Shown here piece after piece: positions 1 to 13,199 of a DNA stretch of 64,000 nucleotides. A program made the position numbers and the translations under genes. The notes under the pieces were generated by a model. The model ran no database searches. It had not been told where the DNA came from and saw only the letters and a list, made by a program, of their open reading frames with translations. The stretch lies in the NCBI RefSeq assembly GCF_004010195.1, contig NC_057726.1:69302608-69366607 (forward strand). The letters are read 5' to 3'. Source of the stretch: Chiloscyllium plagiosum. Its lineage: Eukaryota. Within the stretch, counting starts at the first letter, position 1. Each line of letters opens with the position of its first letter.

Positions 1-606
1 ATTTTTTTCTGAATGCAGTACCTGCCTATGAATTTCCAAATTGCAGTGATGTACAATTTTGCTGATACCAACTATTCCCAGCGCCCTATGCCTATCCAGT
101 TTGGAATACTAGGTATTTCACGCAAGCATTTAAATATAAAATATATAAAATAGACTGAGATAAAGGAACTTTTTACAATATTGCACAATGTAATGGATTT
201 ACTACTTTCTTCCTTGACAGATGCTCCAGGTTTGCTCAGTATTTCAAACAGTCGATGCTTTTTTTTCAATTAATTTCAGATGCACTGTTCTCACTGGAGG
301 CAAAGCTTTCCTCAAACGAATTGGATGGCACAAGCAAAAGGGAGGCTGCAAATTAAAGTGTGAATGATCATGCCAAAATCCCCTATCAGCAATGCATCTG
401 TCACAAATTGTTTAAATGTATTGACTTTGTATGTTAGCCAGAATCGTCAGATAAAACATTTCAGTGTCTCATATGTATAAAGCTTAAATGTCATCCGAAT
501 TATTCTGCCCAAATTAAATCTAAAACTTGTCATAGCTGGAATAATTTGCGATTCATTATTATTCTATAATGCTGCAAACAAATTGAATTTGCACCTATCC
601 TCACAG

Positions 607-699
607 ATTCCAATGATAACATTTACCCAAAGATTTTCGGTTGTTTGGGAGGTGGATTGATATTATTCCTCATCGTGATGTACACACTCAGGCGAATTG
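607..699 (+). CDS. Gene A transmembrane exon (IgSF inhibitory-type receptor; ectodomain exons lie upstream of the window)
   Basis: cacag|AT...ATTG|gtaaga; 93 nt, phase 1-1; xSNDNIYPKIFGCLGGGLILFLIVMYTLRRIG, an uncharged hydrophobic core followed by RR; parallels the gene B TM exon. Confidence 0.85.
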
Positions 700-1457
700 G
701 TAAGAATCAGATTCTATAAACGCTACCGAGTATTGAGGACTACTTCAGATGCAATGTCCTGCTGAGTAACTGTCAAATGGCGCCTATGTACCCTGCCCCA
801 ACGGTGTCTTCAATTTGATGCCACTGTATCAATTATTGATATCTCCAACTGGGGGGGGGGGACACTCAGATGAAAACATAGAACATAGAACAACAGAGTA
901 CAGGAACAGGCCCTTCAGCCTGCCAAGTCTGTGCCGATGATGATAATGCCATTGCAAACGAATCCCGAATGCCTGCACGTGATTGGTATCCCTTTATTGT
1001 CTGGGTGATAGAACATAAAGGGGCACAAAACCACCAAAAATGGGTCCTGGTATGACTAGCAGTCGAATTACTTGCTTGCTCTCCAGCAGGATTGGATTGC
1101 TGCTTGAACTAAAAGTTCAGTATTCCGCCCAACGCCACCCTTCCCTCCGTTATCTCTCAATGCGGGATTGCAGCGGCGTTAACCTCTGTCAGCATGATTC
1201 ATGTTTTACACTGAATGCAACAATGGTTTCAAATTTTAACCTGTTAATTGAGTCAGATTATATCCAATCTACATCATGAGATTTATTCTTAACCCAGATG
1301 CTTGTAATTTACCAGAATGGATGAATAATTTTACGTAGACTTCTTAATTATTCTTTGGCCATTCAGAGGAAATACCGCTGTGATATTGGTTGTAACATTT
1401 TAATATGTAATTGCAATAGAATTAAAGTACTTGTTGATTGATTTATATCTCATTTAG

Positions 1458-1501
1458 GAACATGCAGAAAACCAGAAGAGTGTAATCAGCACAATGAGCA
1501 G
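1458..1501 (+). CDS. Gene A cytoplasmic linker exon
   Basis: catttag|GA...GAGCAG|gtaggt; 44 nt, phase 1-0; GTCRKPEECNQHNEQ; same length, phase and GAGCAG end as the gene B exon at 49196-49239. Confidence 0.85.
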
Positions 1502-2739
1502 GTAGGTCACTGGCAGCTACTATTGAAAAAGTAGTTACACTGACATTTCAAGCAGCATCGCGATATTTTACCAGCTATCCCAACTGTTTCAATTCCCTGA
1601 ATGTCTGTGCGGTTAAAAAGTACCAAGAGACAGTACAGTACTGTCGTCCAATGCAAGGAGTCAGATTACAAAGGAAAAAAGATTGTGTTTCAAGTTAAAA
1701 CCATTAGCAGCATTGTTTGAATATAGTTAATCACTCTGGAGGAACACTTTAGATTAAAGGGTTTAGGGACTTAATGTGGCAGGAGAAAATGTATTAAGGA
1801 GATTGATTCAGAATACACTCTGTTGGATCAAATGGCATATTTCAGTGATGGGAATTGAAGTAAAATATATTGATAAGCAATAACTATAATTAAGAGATGG
1901 CTGACTAGCATTGAAAAAGATACTTTCATCTCCAAGTTGAAAGTATATCGGGTAGATATAATCACAGAAGAGACACAAAATATATTGCAACGCAATTCTA
2001 TTCCTCAAATAGTAAGGAATGAAATACTTATGTTGAGACTAAGAAATATATCTTCAATGCATTATTACATGGTAAAGCGTTAAATGGACGAATTAAGACG
2101 TAGCAGAATCACACGCATGAAGATTAAGGTGTGTGTAACGAGTTCAAATGTGACATTCAAAAAAAATACTGCATTTTAAGAATGAATAGGGCCAAATCTT
2201 GTAATGTCAATAACATGAACTGTGGCGAAATATTTCCAAATAGTTTTAATGAGAGCACAACCTCTAATCTGAATATGACGTGCTAAGAAGCACAATATCT
2301 TAAAATAATCGGAGTGTGGAAAACCCCATTACACCGTCAGGCACTACCGGCACACTCTGTATCCCCACCCGAAACCTGTGGCTGATGTGATGTCAGTACA
2401 CACCTTCCCCTCCCCCCCCCCCTCCCCCGCCCTTCATCATCCACCTCCTCCCTTTTCCCTGGCACCATGCCAAGAACCTAGGACCACTGAGTCGACACAA
2501 TGCCAACATGTGTAATCTTGTTTCCACTCTATTCACCATCAGATCTCAACAGATCTTCTGCTCACCTTGTACATTAACCTCCACTGCAATCCGTCTTCCA
2601 ATCCCCCGATTTCAGATAATAGTCAGTGTGTAGTGCAAATTAGAAACACATTGAATCGAGTATGTGTTTCACGAGGTTTGCAACATATCATAGGCACGTT
2701 GATGGATTGTGCTCTATGCTAACACTTCGTTTCTTCCAG

Positions 2740-2850
2740 ACTAGGTGTACAAAAACTAATGAGGAATTAACATACGCCACTCTAGGTTTCGCTAACCCCA
2801 GGGAAACTAAGAAGTCTCGACCTTCAGATGAGACCATGGTGTATGCGCAG
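2740..2850 (+). CDS. Gene A cytoplasmic ITIM exon 1 (read-through would stop at 2880)
   Basis: ttcttccag|ACT...GCGCAG|gtaaag; 111 nt, phase 0-0; TRCTKTNEELTYATLGFANPRETKKSRPSDETMVYAQ; canonical ITIM LTYATL. Confidence 0.85.
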
Positions 2851-4352
2851 GTAAAGAGAACATGTGCCAATCTAAAATAAATAGAGGAAGGGGAAACATT
2901 CGAGGTAAACACAGGCCTGGGAGCATCTGCGCAGAGGAAGAATTCGTGTATCATAGCAGTGACATTTTTATCAGAAAATAGAATCGAAATGTGAGTTTGT
3001 TTTTGTTCCAGCGAAACTGAAGGGATAGGAAGTATAAATGCAACATCCGGAATTGAAAAAGATTAAACAACAAAGTGTTTCATGATTCAAAGCCAGAAAC
3101 AATTGTAATCTGAATATTAAAGAATCAATAAAGGGAAGCAGATCAGGTGTAAAATCTGCACAGTCGTCATCTGAATGCTGCTTGAAGGTGTAACCAATGA
3201 AATAAGACCAAATTGACTCAGACAAAAGAAAACGAACTAAACAAACGATGTATTCAGAACAAAATTTAGGCATAGGTGTTGCTCCAAGGCTCTTGAGGTA
3301 GTACAGTGTACTGAGTTCTGACAGCTATAGAACATGAAATCAATCCTATTCCTCGAACTGGCACTGAACACCATTGCAATGCTGCAGTGACCTATGGGTA
3401 AAGCAGTCAGGGTGAGATTGGAGAAGAGAATTAAGTGACAAAGCACATGATAGTGAATGTGGGCTGACCAGGGGTGTTTTATTGTCCACTTGAAATGAAG
3501 CCATCTTTAAAACGCAACTCCAATTTCGTAAATTTTAAACAAATACTCGGAGTAGAACTTTTAAGACCTTCGATTTTTAAAAAAAGTAGGAGAAAACAGG
3601 ACAAATGCTTTACCCGCTTTGGAAAGGTTTCACAGGCAAATGAGGAAATGTCAGGTTTGACTGAAAAGTGGACCAGGGTGACGTGGAGGAAATAGCCCTT
3701 CTGTGGAATGTTAACAGTGGAGAGTCGAGGGAGATTGTGTGTAGTGGTGTCATTACACGGTAGCTGCAGGGAAAGACAGAGGAGCATTCAAATGATGGAG
3801 TAAAATACAAGGACAGCGGTGAGCAAGTCATACCGGCGGGAAGGTGGGAAAAGGGTGAAAAATAACGTTATGAAGTAGATCAGATTTAATGGCGACTCAT
3901 TGAACTACAGTCGGATAGCATACTCTTCCAGAGAAAGGAATACAGATCAGAAGCATATACATGCGAGTTACAAGCTGGGTCTAACGAATGATAAACTCAT
4001 AAGGTCTTACATTCTATGCGGTTTCCCGCATGCCTCAGACACCCTGAGCAGCGCGTAAAGTTGCATGGAGGCATACAAAGGGCTTTGAAAACGTGGCCAA
4101 ATACAGACATACATAGAGACTTGAAGAAGGACTTGAAATTTGATATTAGAACATGGTTTATATTGTGACATTCAGAAAAGAAGTGACAGCGATTTGATTA
4201 GAGCTGAACACAGAGCGAGGTGACCGGCAGCAGAAAGTGGAGTCGGCCCCTCGGCCCATTTGGATTCTGGATGTTGCAGAATGGTTAACGACGATGAATA
4301 AGGAATGTACGAGGGCGTTGTAAGACACACCAAGCTTGATAAACCATGTTAA

Positions 4353-6980
4353 AAATCACACAACACCAGGTTATAGTCCAACAGGTTTAATTGGAAGCAC
4401 ACTAGCTTTCAGAGTATCGCTCCTTCATCAGGTGGTAGTGGAGTGCTCAATCCTAACACACAGAATTTATAGCAAAAATTTACAGTGTGGTGTAACTGAA
4501 ATTATACGTTGAAAAATTGATTGCCTGTTAAGCCTTTCACCTGTTAGAATATCATGGTAGTTTCACTTCTTTCATGTGTAAGTCACAAAACCTTTTTTAA
4601 AAAAGTTGCATTCTCAGGCACAAAACCTTTTTTAAAAAAGTTGCATTCTCAGGTTAGCTGTTAACAATGGCGATAACTAGACCATATGTCGAAGGTGTTA
4701 GCCCCCTGTGTTCTCTGTCGATGCCGTGAGGTTTAGATTGATTCTAATCTAAAAAGTGAGATAACGGCGTTTTACATGAATGCATGCAGTTTTTGAGTAA
4801 AGTACGATGTAACCCTGAAAGTACAAATTCACCCCACAAAATATATGTGTGCATGTCTGTGTGTCTGTCTGTTTGGGTTGGGGGTTGTGAGTGTGAGAAA
4901 GTGTGTGTATATGTGTAGTGAGTGCAGAGTGTCTTAAGTCTGTGAGGGAGTGCATGAGCGTGTGTGCCTGGAACGGTGAGTGTGGGTGTCTGTGTGCTCG
5001 TCTGTGTAAATGTGTGTCCGTGTGTATGTGTGTATAGAAGTGCCTGTGTGTGTGTGTGTGTGTATATAGTGCAATGGTCATCACCTGTAATGTGACATGA
5101 ACTCAAGGTCCCGGTTGAAGCCCTCCCTACGGGTACCGAAATTAGCTATCAGCCTCTGCTTGGCCACTTGTCACTGGTGCCTGTCCCGGAAGTCTGCCTT
5201 GAAGGATGGTCACCTGAATGTCCGAGGTTGACTGTCCTGGACCGCTGAAGTGTTCCCCAACTGGGAGGGCACCCTCCTGTCTGTTGATTGTTGTGTGGTG
5301 CCCATTCATCCATTGCTGTAACCTTTGCTTGGTTTCCCCGATGTACCATGCCTATGGGCATCCTTGCCTGCAACGTATAAGATTGAGAACATTGGCTGAG
5401 TCACATGAGTACCTGCCATATACAAGGTGGGAGGTGTCCCCACGCGTAATGGTGGTATCTATGTCTACACTCTGACACTTCGTGCAGCGCCTACCATGAC
5501 AGGGTTGTATGGAGCTGCCCTGAGAGTCGGGCAGCTTGCTACGAACAACAATCTGTTTGAGGTTTGGCGGTTGTTTAAAGGCAAGTAGTGGAGGTGTGTG
5601 GAAGGTCTTGGTGAGGTGCACATCCTCATTGATAATGTGTTGCAGGTCACAAAGAACATAGCGTAGTTTCTCACCAAGACCTTCCCCACACCCCCACTAC
5701 TTTCCTTTAAACAACCGCCAAACCTCATCAGATCGTTGTTCGTAGCGAGCTGCCCGGCTCTCAGGACAACTCCATACAACCCTGTCACAGTAGGCACTGC
5801 AAGACGTGTCAGAGTGTGGACATGGATACTGCCATTATGCATGGGGACACTTCTTACCATGTATATGGCAGGTACTCATGTGACTCAGCCAACGTTGTCT
5901 ATCTTATACATTGCAGGCAAGGATGCCCGGATGCATGGCACATTGGGGAAACCGAGCAAAGGCTATGACAACGGATGAATTGGCACCACACAACAATCAA
6001 CAGACAGGGGTGTTCCCTCCCAGTTGAGGAACACTTTAGTGGTCCAGGACATTCGACCTCGGACCTTTGGGTGACCATCCTCCAAGGTGGACTTCGGGAC
6101 AGGCACCAGCAACAAATGGCTGAGCAGAGGCTGATAGCGAAGTTCGGTACCCACAGGGAGGGCTTCAACCGGGACCTTGGGTTCATGTCGCATTACAGGT
6201 GACCACTATTGCACTATGCAAACACACACAGATACTCCTATACACACCCATTCTCACACACACAGGTACTCCTATACATACATACACACGGACACACATA
6301 TACACAGACGCGAACACAGACACCCACACACACCCTTACAGACACACACACTCCCAAACTCACACATGCACCCCCTCATAGACTTAAGACACTCTGCACT
6401 CACGACACACACACACACTTTCTCACATTCACAACCCCCAACACAGCCAGACAAAGACCTAAATGCACATATATTTTGTGGAGTGAATTTGTACTTTCAG
6501 GGTTACATTGTACTTTAGTCAAAAACTGCATGCATTCATGTCGAACTCTTAGCTCAAAAACTGCATGAATTCATGCAAAACTCCATTTTCTCACTTTTTA
6601 GATTAGAATCAATCTAAACCACATGGTATGGACAGAGAACACAGGGGGCTAACACCTTCGACATATTGTCTAGCTATCACCATTGCTAACAGCTAACGTG
6701 AGAATGCAACTTAAAAAAAAAGGTTTTGTGACTGACACATGAAAGAAGTGAAACTATCATGATATACTAACAGATGAATTTTTCAATGTATAATTTCAGT
6801 TACATCACACTGTAAATTTTTGCTGTAAATTGTGTGTGTTAGGATTGAGCCCTCCACTACCACCTGATGAAGGAACGATGCCCCGAAAGCTAGTGTGCTT
6901 TCAATTAAACCTGTTGGACTATAACCTGGTGTTGTGTGATTTTTACCTTTATACACCCCAGTCCAACACTGCCATCTCTA
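4353..6980. mobile_element. Penelope-like retroelement: two degenerate 3' copies (GIY-YIG region plus 3' end) in inverted orientation, within a gene A intron
   Basis: 4353-5615 is the reverse complement of ~5670-6940. Translations PPLLAFKQPPNLKQIVVRSKLP...PCHGRRCTKCQ...YSCDSANV and LPVEEHFSGPGHS...EQRLIAKFGTHREGFNRD match the PLE linker and GIY-YIG C-terminus; frameshifted. Confidence 0.85.
4584..4653. repeat. 35-bp perfect tandem duplication inside the left Penelope arm
   Basis: cacaaaaccttttttaaaaaagttgcattctcagg x2. Confidence 0.9.
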
Positions 6981-7765
6981 ATTCATTGATATACCATGAT
7001 AGCAAACCTCCTGGGGAGAGTGAGCACAAGCAGCAGCAGTTAAACGCTGCATCGTCTGAACAAATGTGACAAATGTGGAGAAACTGGTAGACAGGAAGAG
7101 AATCTTCATTGAAGGCGGAATGTGCTGAAGTGGAGTCAAGGTTATTTGGGCTTGTCGTGATCTTACAAGATCATCGAACTGAAAGTTAATTCTGCTTCTG
7201 CCCACCTCAGAGGTTGAAAGCTTCCCTTTAAAAAGATATTTTCTCAGATATATGGGACTTCTCCGTTTTTCACTTCGTATTAAATTACACTGATCAGTAA
7301 CTTCATTTCCAGAATCAATTTATGAATAATCGTTTTGAAGCCATTGCTATAAGCATCTGAGTTTCTTCATATATGTGAAAGATACATTAGCGACTATTGA
7401 ATTTGTACAGATTAGAATGGATTACAAACTTGACACAGGAATTGTTGGAAACCACTGCATGATTTCACTTATCTCAACAGTTTCTACAACTGCAATTTAG
7501 AAAGCAATAGCTAAACCAACTTTATGTACAGAACAAAACCTGAATTGTAGATAAATATTGAAACAGGTACTTCAATATTTAATTATTTATTTTTCATGTA
7601 AAAATGTGCAAGGTTTTGGCAAATCGATCGGCGGGAACAATGAATAATTATATGCAGGAAATACCATATTTCACAGCCAATTGACCACCTCCATTGTTGT
7701 AGAATAACAATGCCCAAGTTGCATTTCAGAAGTCTGACTTCAGTCACCATTGTTGGTATTTACAG

Positions 7766-7873
7766 ACGAAACACGAAGTGACAGGGAACATGATATATGT
7801 TGACTTGGATTTGTCGAGTTCGGGGAGAACTGGGAGAACGCCCCAGAAGGAAACAAATGCAGTTTATGCGCAG
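7766..7873 (+). CDS. Gene A cytoplasmic tyrosine-motif exon 2, paralog of 2740-2850 (read-through would stop at 7903)
   Basis: tttacag|ACG...GCGCAG|gtacgg; 108 nt, phase 0-0; TKHEVTGNMIYVDLDLSSSGRTGRTPQKETNAVYAQ; same Y-Y spacing and identical TATGCGCAG|GTA end. Confidence 0.8.
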
Positions 7874-8499
7874 GTACGGCTGATATTTGTAAAATCGAAT
7901 TAAAGGAAATTAACACTTAATTAAAATTAACACAATGCAAATTGACATTTCACATTTGATTATATTAAAACGCATTTTTAAAAGTCCTAATAATGCAATC
8001 GTAAAATAGCATGATGTCATTTCAAACAGTCATTGTAAATAAGAACACTCAAGGCGATAGCTTTATTTTCACTCGTGGAATGTTTGTGGCGAGATACATT
8101 AAGTCCAAAGCTTTTAGATCAAGTGTTGCTGCATACATTCCAAATGGCGTGGAGAGATAATGAAACACATAGAAGGGACAGTTCCCTTCAGGATATTTTG
8201 GATTCACGGGTTTTAGAAGGAAAATAACAACGGAAGAATATAGTTTTACACAAAAACTGCAGGTACGTTTGCACTTCGAGTAAAGAATTTCCCCGAAATT
8301 TTGCCCTGGTCTTTATTGTAAAGAGAGCCGAACGTGCCCGACGTTCTACAGTACACCCACAACCCGTGTAAACACAGCAAGAGTTCCTTAAACTTCGACA
8401 ATTCCATAATAAAAAAAATAAGTTTCTGAACTGAACAGTTCCATTTCGAAGATTGAAAGTAACCGCAAATCATGTGCAGAACTCAACAGAAAGGTTAAA

Positions 8500-8783
8500 C
8501 ATCATACAACACAAGGTTATAGTCCCAACAGGTTTATTTGAAGCATTAGCTTTCGGAGCGCTGTTCCTTCATCAGGTGGTTGTGAACAATTGGGATTGTC
8601 AAACGTGCGTTAAAAGGTACGGGGAAAGAGAGATATTAATAAAAACAAGTCAGTGTCGGACGTCAATCCTGATGAAGGAGCGGCGCTCCGAAAGCTAGTG
8701 CTTCCAAATAAACCGGTTGGACTATAACCTGCATTGTGTGATTTCTAACTTTGTACACCCCAGTCCAACACCGGCTCCTCCAA
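8500..8783. mobile_element. Short Penelope-terminus inverted-repeat element with a hammerhead-like core at 8669-8697
   Basis: Arms match the termini of 4353-6980; CTGATGA-A-GGAGC-ggc-GCTCC-GAAA-GC-TA. Confidence 0.75.
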
Positions 8784-9173
8784 ATTAGAGAGCACAGAAA
8801 TCTTGCAGTTACGTTAGAACAGAGAAGGCTGATGAGATAGATTTTTTTAAAAAAAGCAGTTCAGTCAAGATTCGAAGATCGAACAATTGAAAGAATGTCC
8901 AATGTCGATAGCATTTATGCAGAAGTTTGGATAAAAGGAAATTGTACTGGCATGTTCACCTTTTGATGAGTTAGATTGGTTAAAATATTTTACTACGTTA
9001 CCATTTTTTCATCTTTCTAGACTCTCAAAGGATCTACATTATTTTGATATCTTTAAAGAAGAAAATGTTAACGTCTGTGATGTTCTCACTACTTTGAATA
9101 TAAACCATTTAAACGGATTTTTGCATAGTATTTCAAAAACGCTCTCACAATAGAAAATGTTTCTGTGTTTCAG

Positions 9174-9245
9174 ATCAAACGAGGGCAATCTGACAATGGA
9201 GCTGTGTACACCGATTCATCTATCCCCGGCAGTCATACAACCTAA
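9174..9245 (+). CDS. Gene A terminal coding exon
   Basis: ttctgtgtttcag|ATC...ACC TAA; IKRGQSDNGAVYTDSSIPGSHTT*; the first Ile completes VYAQ|I; AATAAA at 9612-9617. Confidence 0.7.
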   Translation: MKRGQSDNGAVYTDSSIPGSHTT

Positions 9246-9819
9246 AGGACATTTCCTTCAAATCTTTCTCAGTGTAATTATACTGCATTATATATAGACC
9301 ATAAATAACAGAAAGGTTGTAACTCAAACTCATATCAAGCAATACGAATGGACTATGAAAATCCCTGCTGTCGTTTACTGAGCGACATGAAATCAAATCC
9401 TCACAGCAGATTTCATAAATATTCTGACACTCTAATCGGAAATGGACGTGTATTTTCGATTTATTTCCCACAGCGGGTTTCTAGTTACACGGGTATCGAT
9501 TATGACATTTTATTTATGACTTTTCAGGTTTGATATCAACTGATTCAAGTTTATTCCATCTAATTAATCTTCCAATGCCATGCTAAACCTTAAAGGGGTG
9601 ACTCAGCATACAATAAATCTCAGTGATGCATTTCTGTGGACTCAAAGTAATACAGATCCATTCATACACAGTGCTCTGTTCCTTGCAGACAGAAAGAACA
9701 TGTGCGTTTACACGGGGATATTGTCAGAAAAAATGCATTGACTCTGCTTGCTCAATCTACCTCGATTAGCAACTACAAAAACCTCGGTGTTAACTATCAT
9801 TCAGCATTTGTGAGTGCCA

Positions 9820-9990
9820 TGGCAAACTTATGGCAACACATGCACCAATCAGTGATCACATGTCAACCAATCAGCACTCTATTTTCGTCCTGAATCAATG
9901 TTGATTTTCGCCTTGAAATGAGATTTTGCAAATTGTTCTGATGAGTGCAAGATGAAAACCTTTGACAGAATGTGTCTTTTTTTTCTTTAT
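9820..9990 (+). mobile_element. Short PLE-like repeat with a degenerate hammerhead core
   Basis: Two CCAATCAG motifs, then CTGATGAgtgcaagatGAAA at 9938-9957. Confidence 0.4.
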
Positions 9991-10311
9991 AAAGCCTTCA
10001 AGCCTGTTAACTACCTGGAAGCATTTGCTTGTCACCTGCCACATAAATAAGTGCGCCCCCTCTCGCACATTTAAGGAAATCAATTAAATGGCTGCAATTT
10101 CCTGTCAAGATCTCTTTGCACTCAGTCAGCCTGCTTGTGGCGAGCTTCACCCACCAGGACACTTTTTAAAAAGAGGAATACAAATTACATCATATTGTTT
10201 CCACTGTCAGTGCTCAATCTTCACATGCCTACCTTTACAAAAGAAATAGTATCTTGATTCCACCCTAACAACTCAACAACTCAGAAAATCTGAAGTTTCA
10301 GTGACAATATT

Positions 10312-10630
10312 GAATAGAATCCTACAGTGAGGAAACAGGCCATTTGGCCCAACAAGTCCACACCAACCCTCCGAAGACTATCCCACCCAGACCTATTCCC
10401 CACATTTCCCCTAATGAATGCACCTAACCGATACATCCCTGAACACTATGGGCAATTTAGCCTGGCCAATTCACCCAACCTGCACATCTTTGTGCCTGTG
10501 GGAGCAAACTGGAACTCCCAGCAGTAACCCACTCAAACACGGGAAGAATATGCAAACTCCACACAGATAGTCACTCGAGCTGGAACCAAATCCTGTGAGG
10601 CAGCAGTGCTAACCACTGAACCACCATCCC
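10312..10630 (-). mobile_element. HE1 V-SINE
   Basis: Reverse complement of the tRNA-like head (gtggttagcactgctgcctcacag) and core (gatgtgcaggttgggtgaattggcc). Confidence 0.85.
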
Positions 10631-11322
10631 ACAAACAAATGTCATCTGGAATGTATTGTTCTGCTACCCCAAAATGCCTGTAGATTCAACATTGCCACCT
10701 TCCTCAATACAGTCAGAATTATTTTCATTGTCAAACTGTCAGCCAATACAGCCTTTCATTTCTTTTATGAATTATGTGTTCGTCCACATGTAAGAGAATC
10801 CAATGAACATATAATATTTTTCAGTGAGTCAATTAAAAACATATTGCGTAGGTTCTTAAGGACTTATAACTGTCATTGGTCAATGATAATATCGAGGCTT
10901 TTAAAAGATCAGCCAGTTTAGAATTAAAGCCCCCTCTGCTGCTTCTGACGGCAGGAAAGGTACAAAACATGTTCCTGGACTTTTCTTAATACACAGGATA
11001 TTGCACATCCCAGTGACTTAAATGTTGCAACATGTCACTATTTCGGAAAATAACCATCCACTAGACAGTGTATTCAAAAAGAATAGGTATCCAATGACCC
11101 ATTTGCTGATGAACACAGTCCACCGATTTCTCAGCAACAAAACCAAACAAGCACACAAAGCTCATCCAGAAACATGAGCCACTTTCCCCTACATTCGAGT
11201 CATCTTGTAAATGACTGCCAGACTACACAGACCTCTTTCTGGATCAGTGGTGCTGGAAGAGCACAGCAATTCAGGCAGCATCCGACGAGCAGCAAAATCG
11301 ACGTTTCGGGCAAAAGCCCTTC

Positions 11323-11740
11323 TGACTCTACTACCATTGTTGGCAGTGCCTTCCACGCACTCTCCACTCTCTGTGTTAAGAGCCTACACTGACATCTCCT
11401 CGAACGTTCCTCCAATCATCATAAAACTATGCCCCCTCGTGATAGCCATTTCCACCCTGGAAAAAAAGTATCTAGCTATCCACTCTATCTATGCCTCAAA
11501 CCATCCTGTCCACCTCTATCAGTCACCTCTCTTCTTCACTCCAATTAGAAAAGCCCTGGCTCCCTCAACATTTTTTTTATAAGACATGCCCTCCAGTCCA
11601 GGCAGCATCCTTGTAAGTCTCCTCTGCACCTTCTCTAAAGATCCACATCTTTCCCATATTGAATTGACCAGAACTGAACACAATATTCCAAGTGTGAGCT
11701 AGCCAGGGCTTTACAGATCTACAGCATAACCTCGCGGCTC
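11323..11740 (-). mobile_element. CR1/HER1 LINE 3' fragment
   Basis: Minus translation TQRVESAWKALP; typical CR1 ORF2 C-terminus. Confidence 0.75.
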
Positions 11741-12189
11741 TTCCAGTTCTCCATTTGTCTGCATTACTCTTTTGATAATTTTAAAGCCAATTTCTATACG
11801 GAGTATGTGTCAATGTCACATCATTAAAAGCATGTTTTATTCTTCTTCAGGTAAAAATATCAAAACTTTGGAGACGACATGGGATTCCTCCACACTCAAA
11901 ACTGATATTTTATATGGCAGCCAAATCATCCAATCCAATTCTCTTCAAACTTCTTGATCAATGATACACATATCTCGAAAAGTAAGCTGTGAATTAATTC
12001 ACTTCATCTAAACTTTCCTTACTTTTGAAATATCCCATTTAACTATTAAAATTCAATATTTATTTTCCTTTCACTATTCAAATACAATATTAACATGATA
12101 CTCTTAAAAGAGAAATCAAATATTCCTGTGTAAACTCAAACATTGATTGTTCTTGTTAACTAGTTCTTTACAATTGAGTATTTCAGGCT

Positions 12190-13030
12190 TTCAAAAGATA
12201 AAGCTGATGCATTCGTAGCAATCTTCAGCTAGAAGTGCCAATTATATGGTCCATTTTGGCCCCCAGCATCACAGATGCCAGTCTTGAGCAAAATCAATTC
12301 ACTCCATATGGTATCAAGAAATTATTGGAGGCATTGGATATTGCAAAGTCTTTGGGCTTTGACAACACTCAAGTATTGAAGGTGTGCTCCTGGACTTGCT
12401 GCTCCCCTAGCCAAACTCTTCCAGCACAGTTACAGCCCTGACATCTACACCTGACAATGTGGGAAGTTGCCCAACTTGTGCCCTAGACAAAAAGCAGGAC
12501 ACTTCCAACCCAGTCTATTACTGCCCCATCTGTCTACTCTCAAATATCAGCAAAGTGACGGAAGGTGTTACCAACAATGCTATCAAGCATCACACACTCA
12601 GCAATAACCTGCTCACAGACACAGAGTTCAGGTTTCACCAGGGCTATTCAGCTCCTGACCTCATTACGGCCTTGGTTTGAACATGGAAAAAGAGAGCTGA
12701 ATTCGAGAGGTGGGGTGAGAGTGACTGTCCTCGATACCAAGGCCACATTTGATTCAGTGTGGTATCAATGAGCTCCAGCAAAATTGTAATCAATGGGTAT
12801 CAAAGGGAGACCTCTCCACTGGTTGGAGTCATGCCTGGCACATAGGTAAATGTTCGTGGTTGTTAGTCAGTCATAATATCTCTGGAGCATCTCAGCAGGA
12901 GTTCCTTAGGTAGTGTCCTAGGCTGGACCAACCTCAGCTAACTCATCAACAACCTTTCCTCTATCATAAGGTCAGAAATGGGGATGTTCGCTGATGACTG
13001 CCCAATGTTCAGCAACATTTGCAACTCATC
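12190..13030 (+). mobile_element. Degenerate LINE RT fragment (CR1/L2-group); the 3' part of a similar family lies at ~23680-24430
   Basis: KKQDTSNPVYYCPICLLSNISKVTEG, FRFHQG, VLDTKATFDSVW and MFADD-like motifs; frameshifted. Confidence 0.75.
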
Positions 13031-13199
13031 AAATAGCAAAAACAACAAGTGATAGACAGAGCTAAATGTTCCCACTACCAATGCATCAGATCTAAGCTCT
13101 GCAGTCCTGACACACTGGGTTGTGAATGGTAATGAACAATGAAACTACTCACTGGAGAAAGTTGTTCCACAAATATACTCATCCTCAAAGTAGGAAGAG

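Noticed and set aside
4744-6568. Long His/Thr-rich ORFs (THTHT...)
   Set aside because: Translations of (CA)n-rich Penelope 3' UTR sequence, not genes
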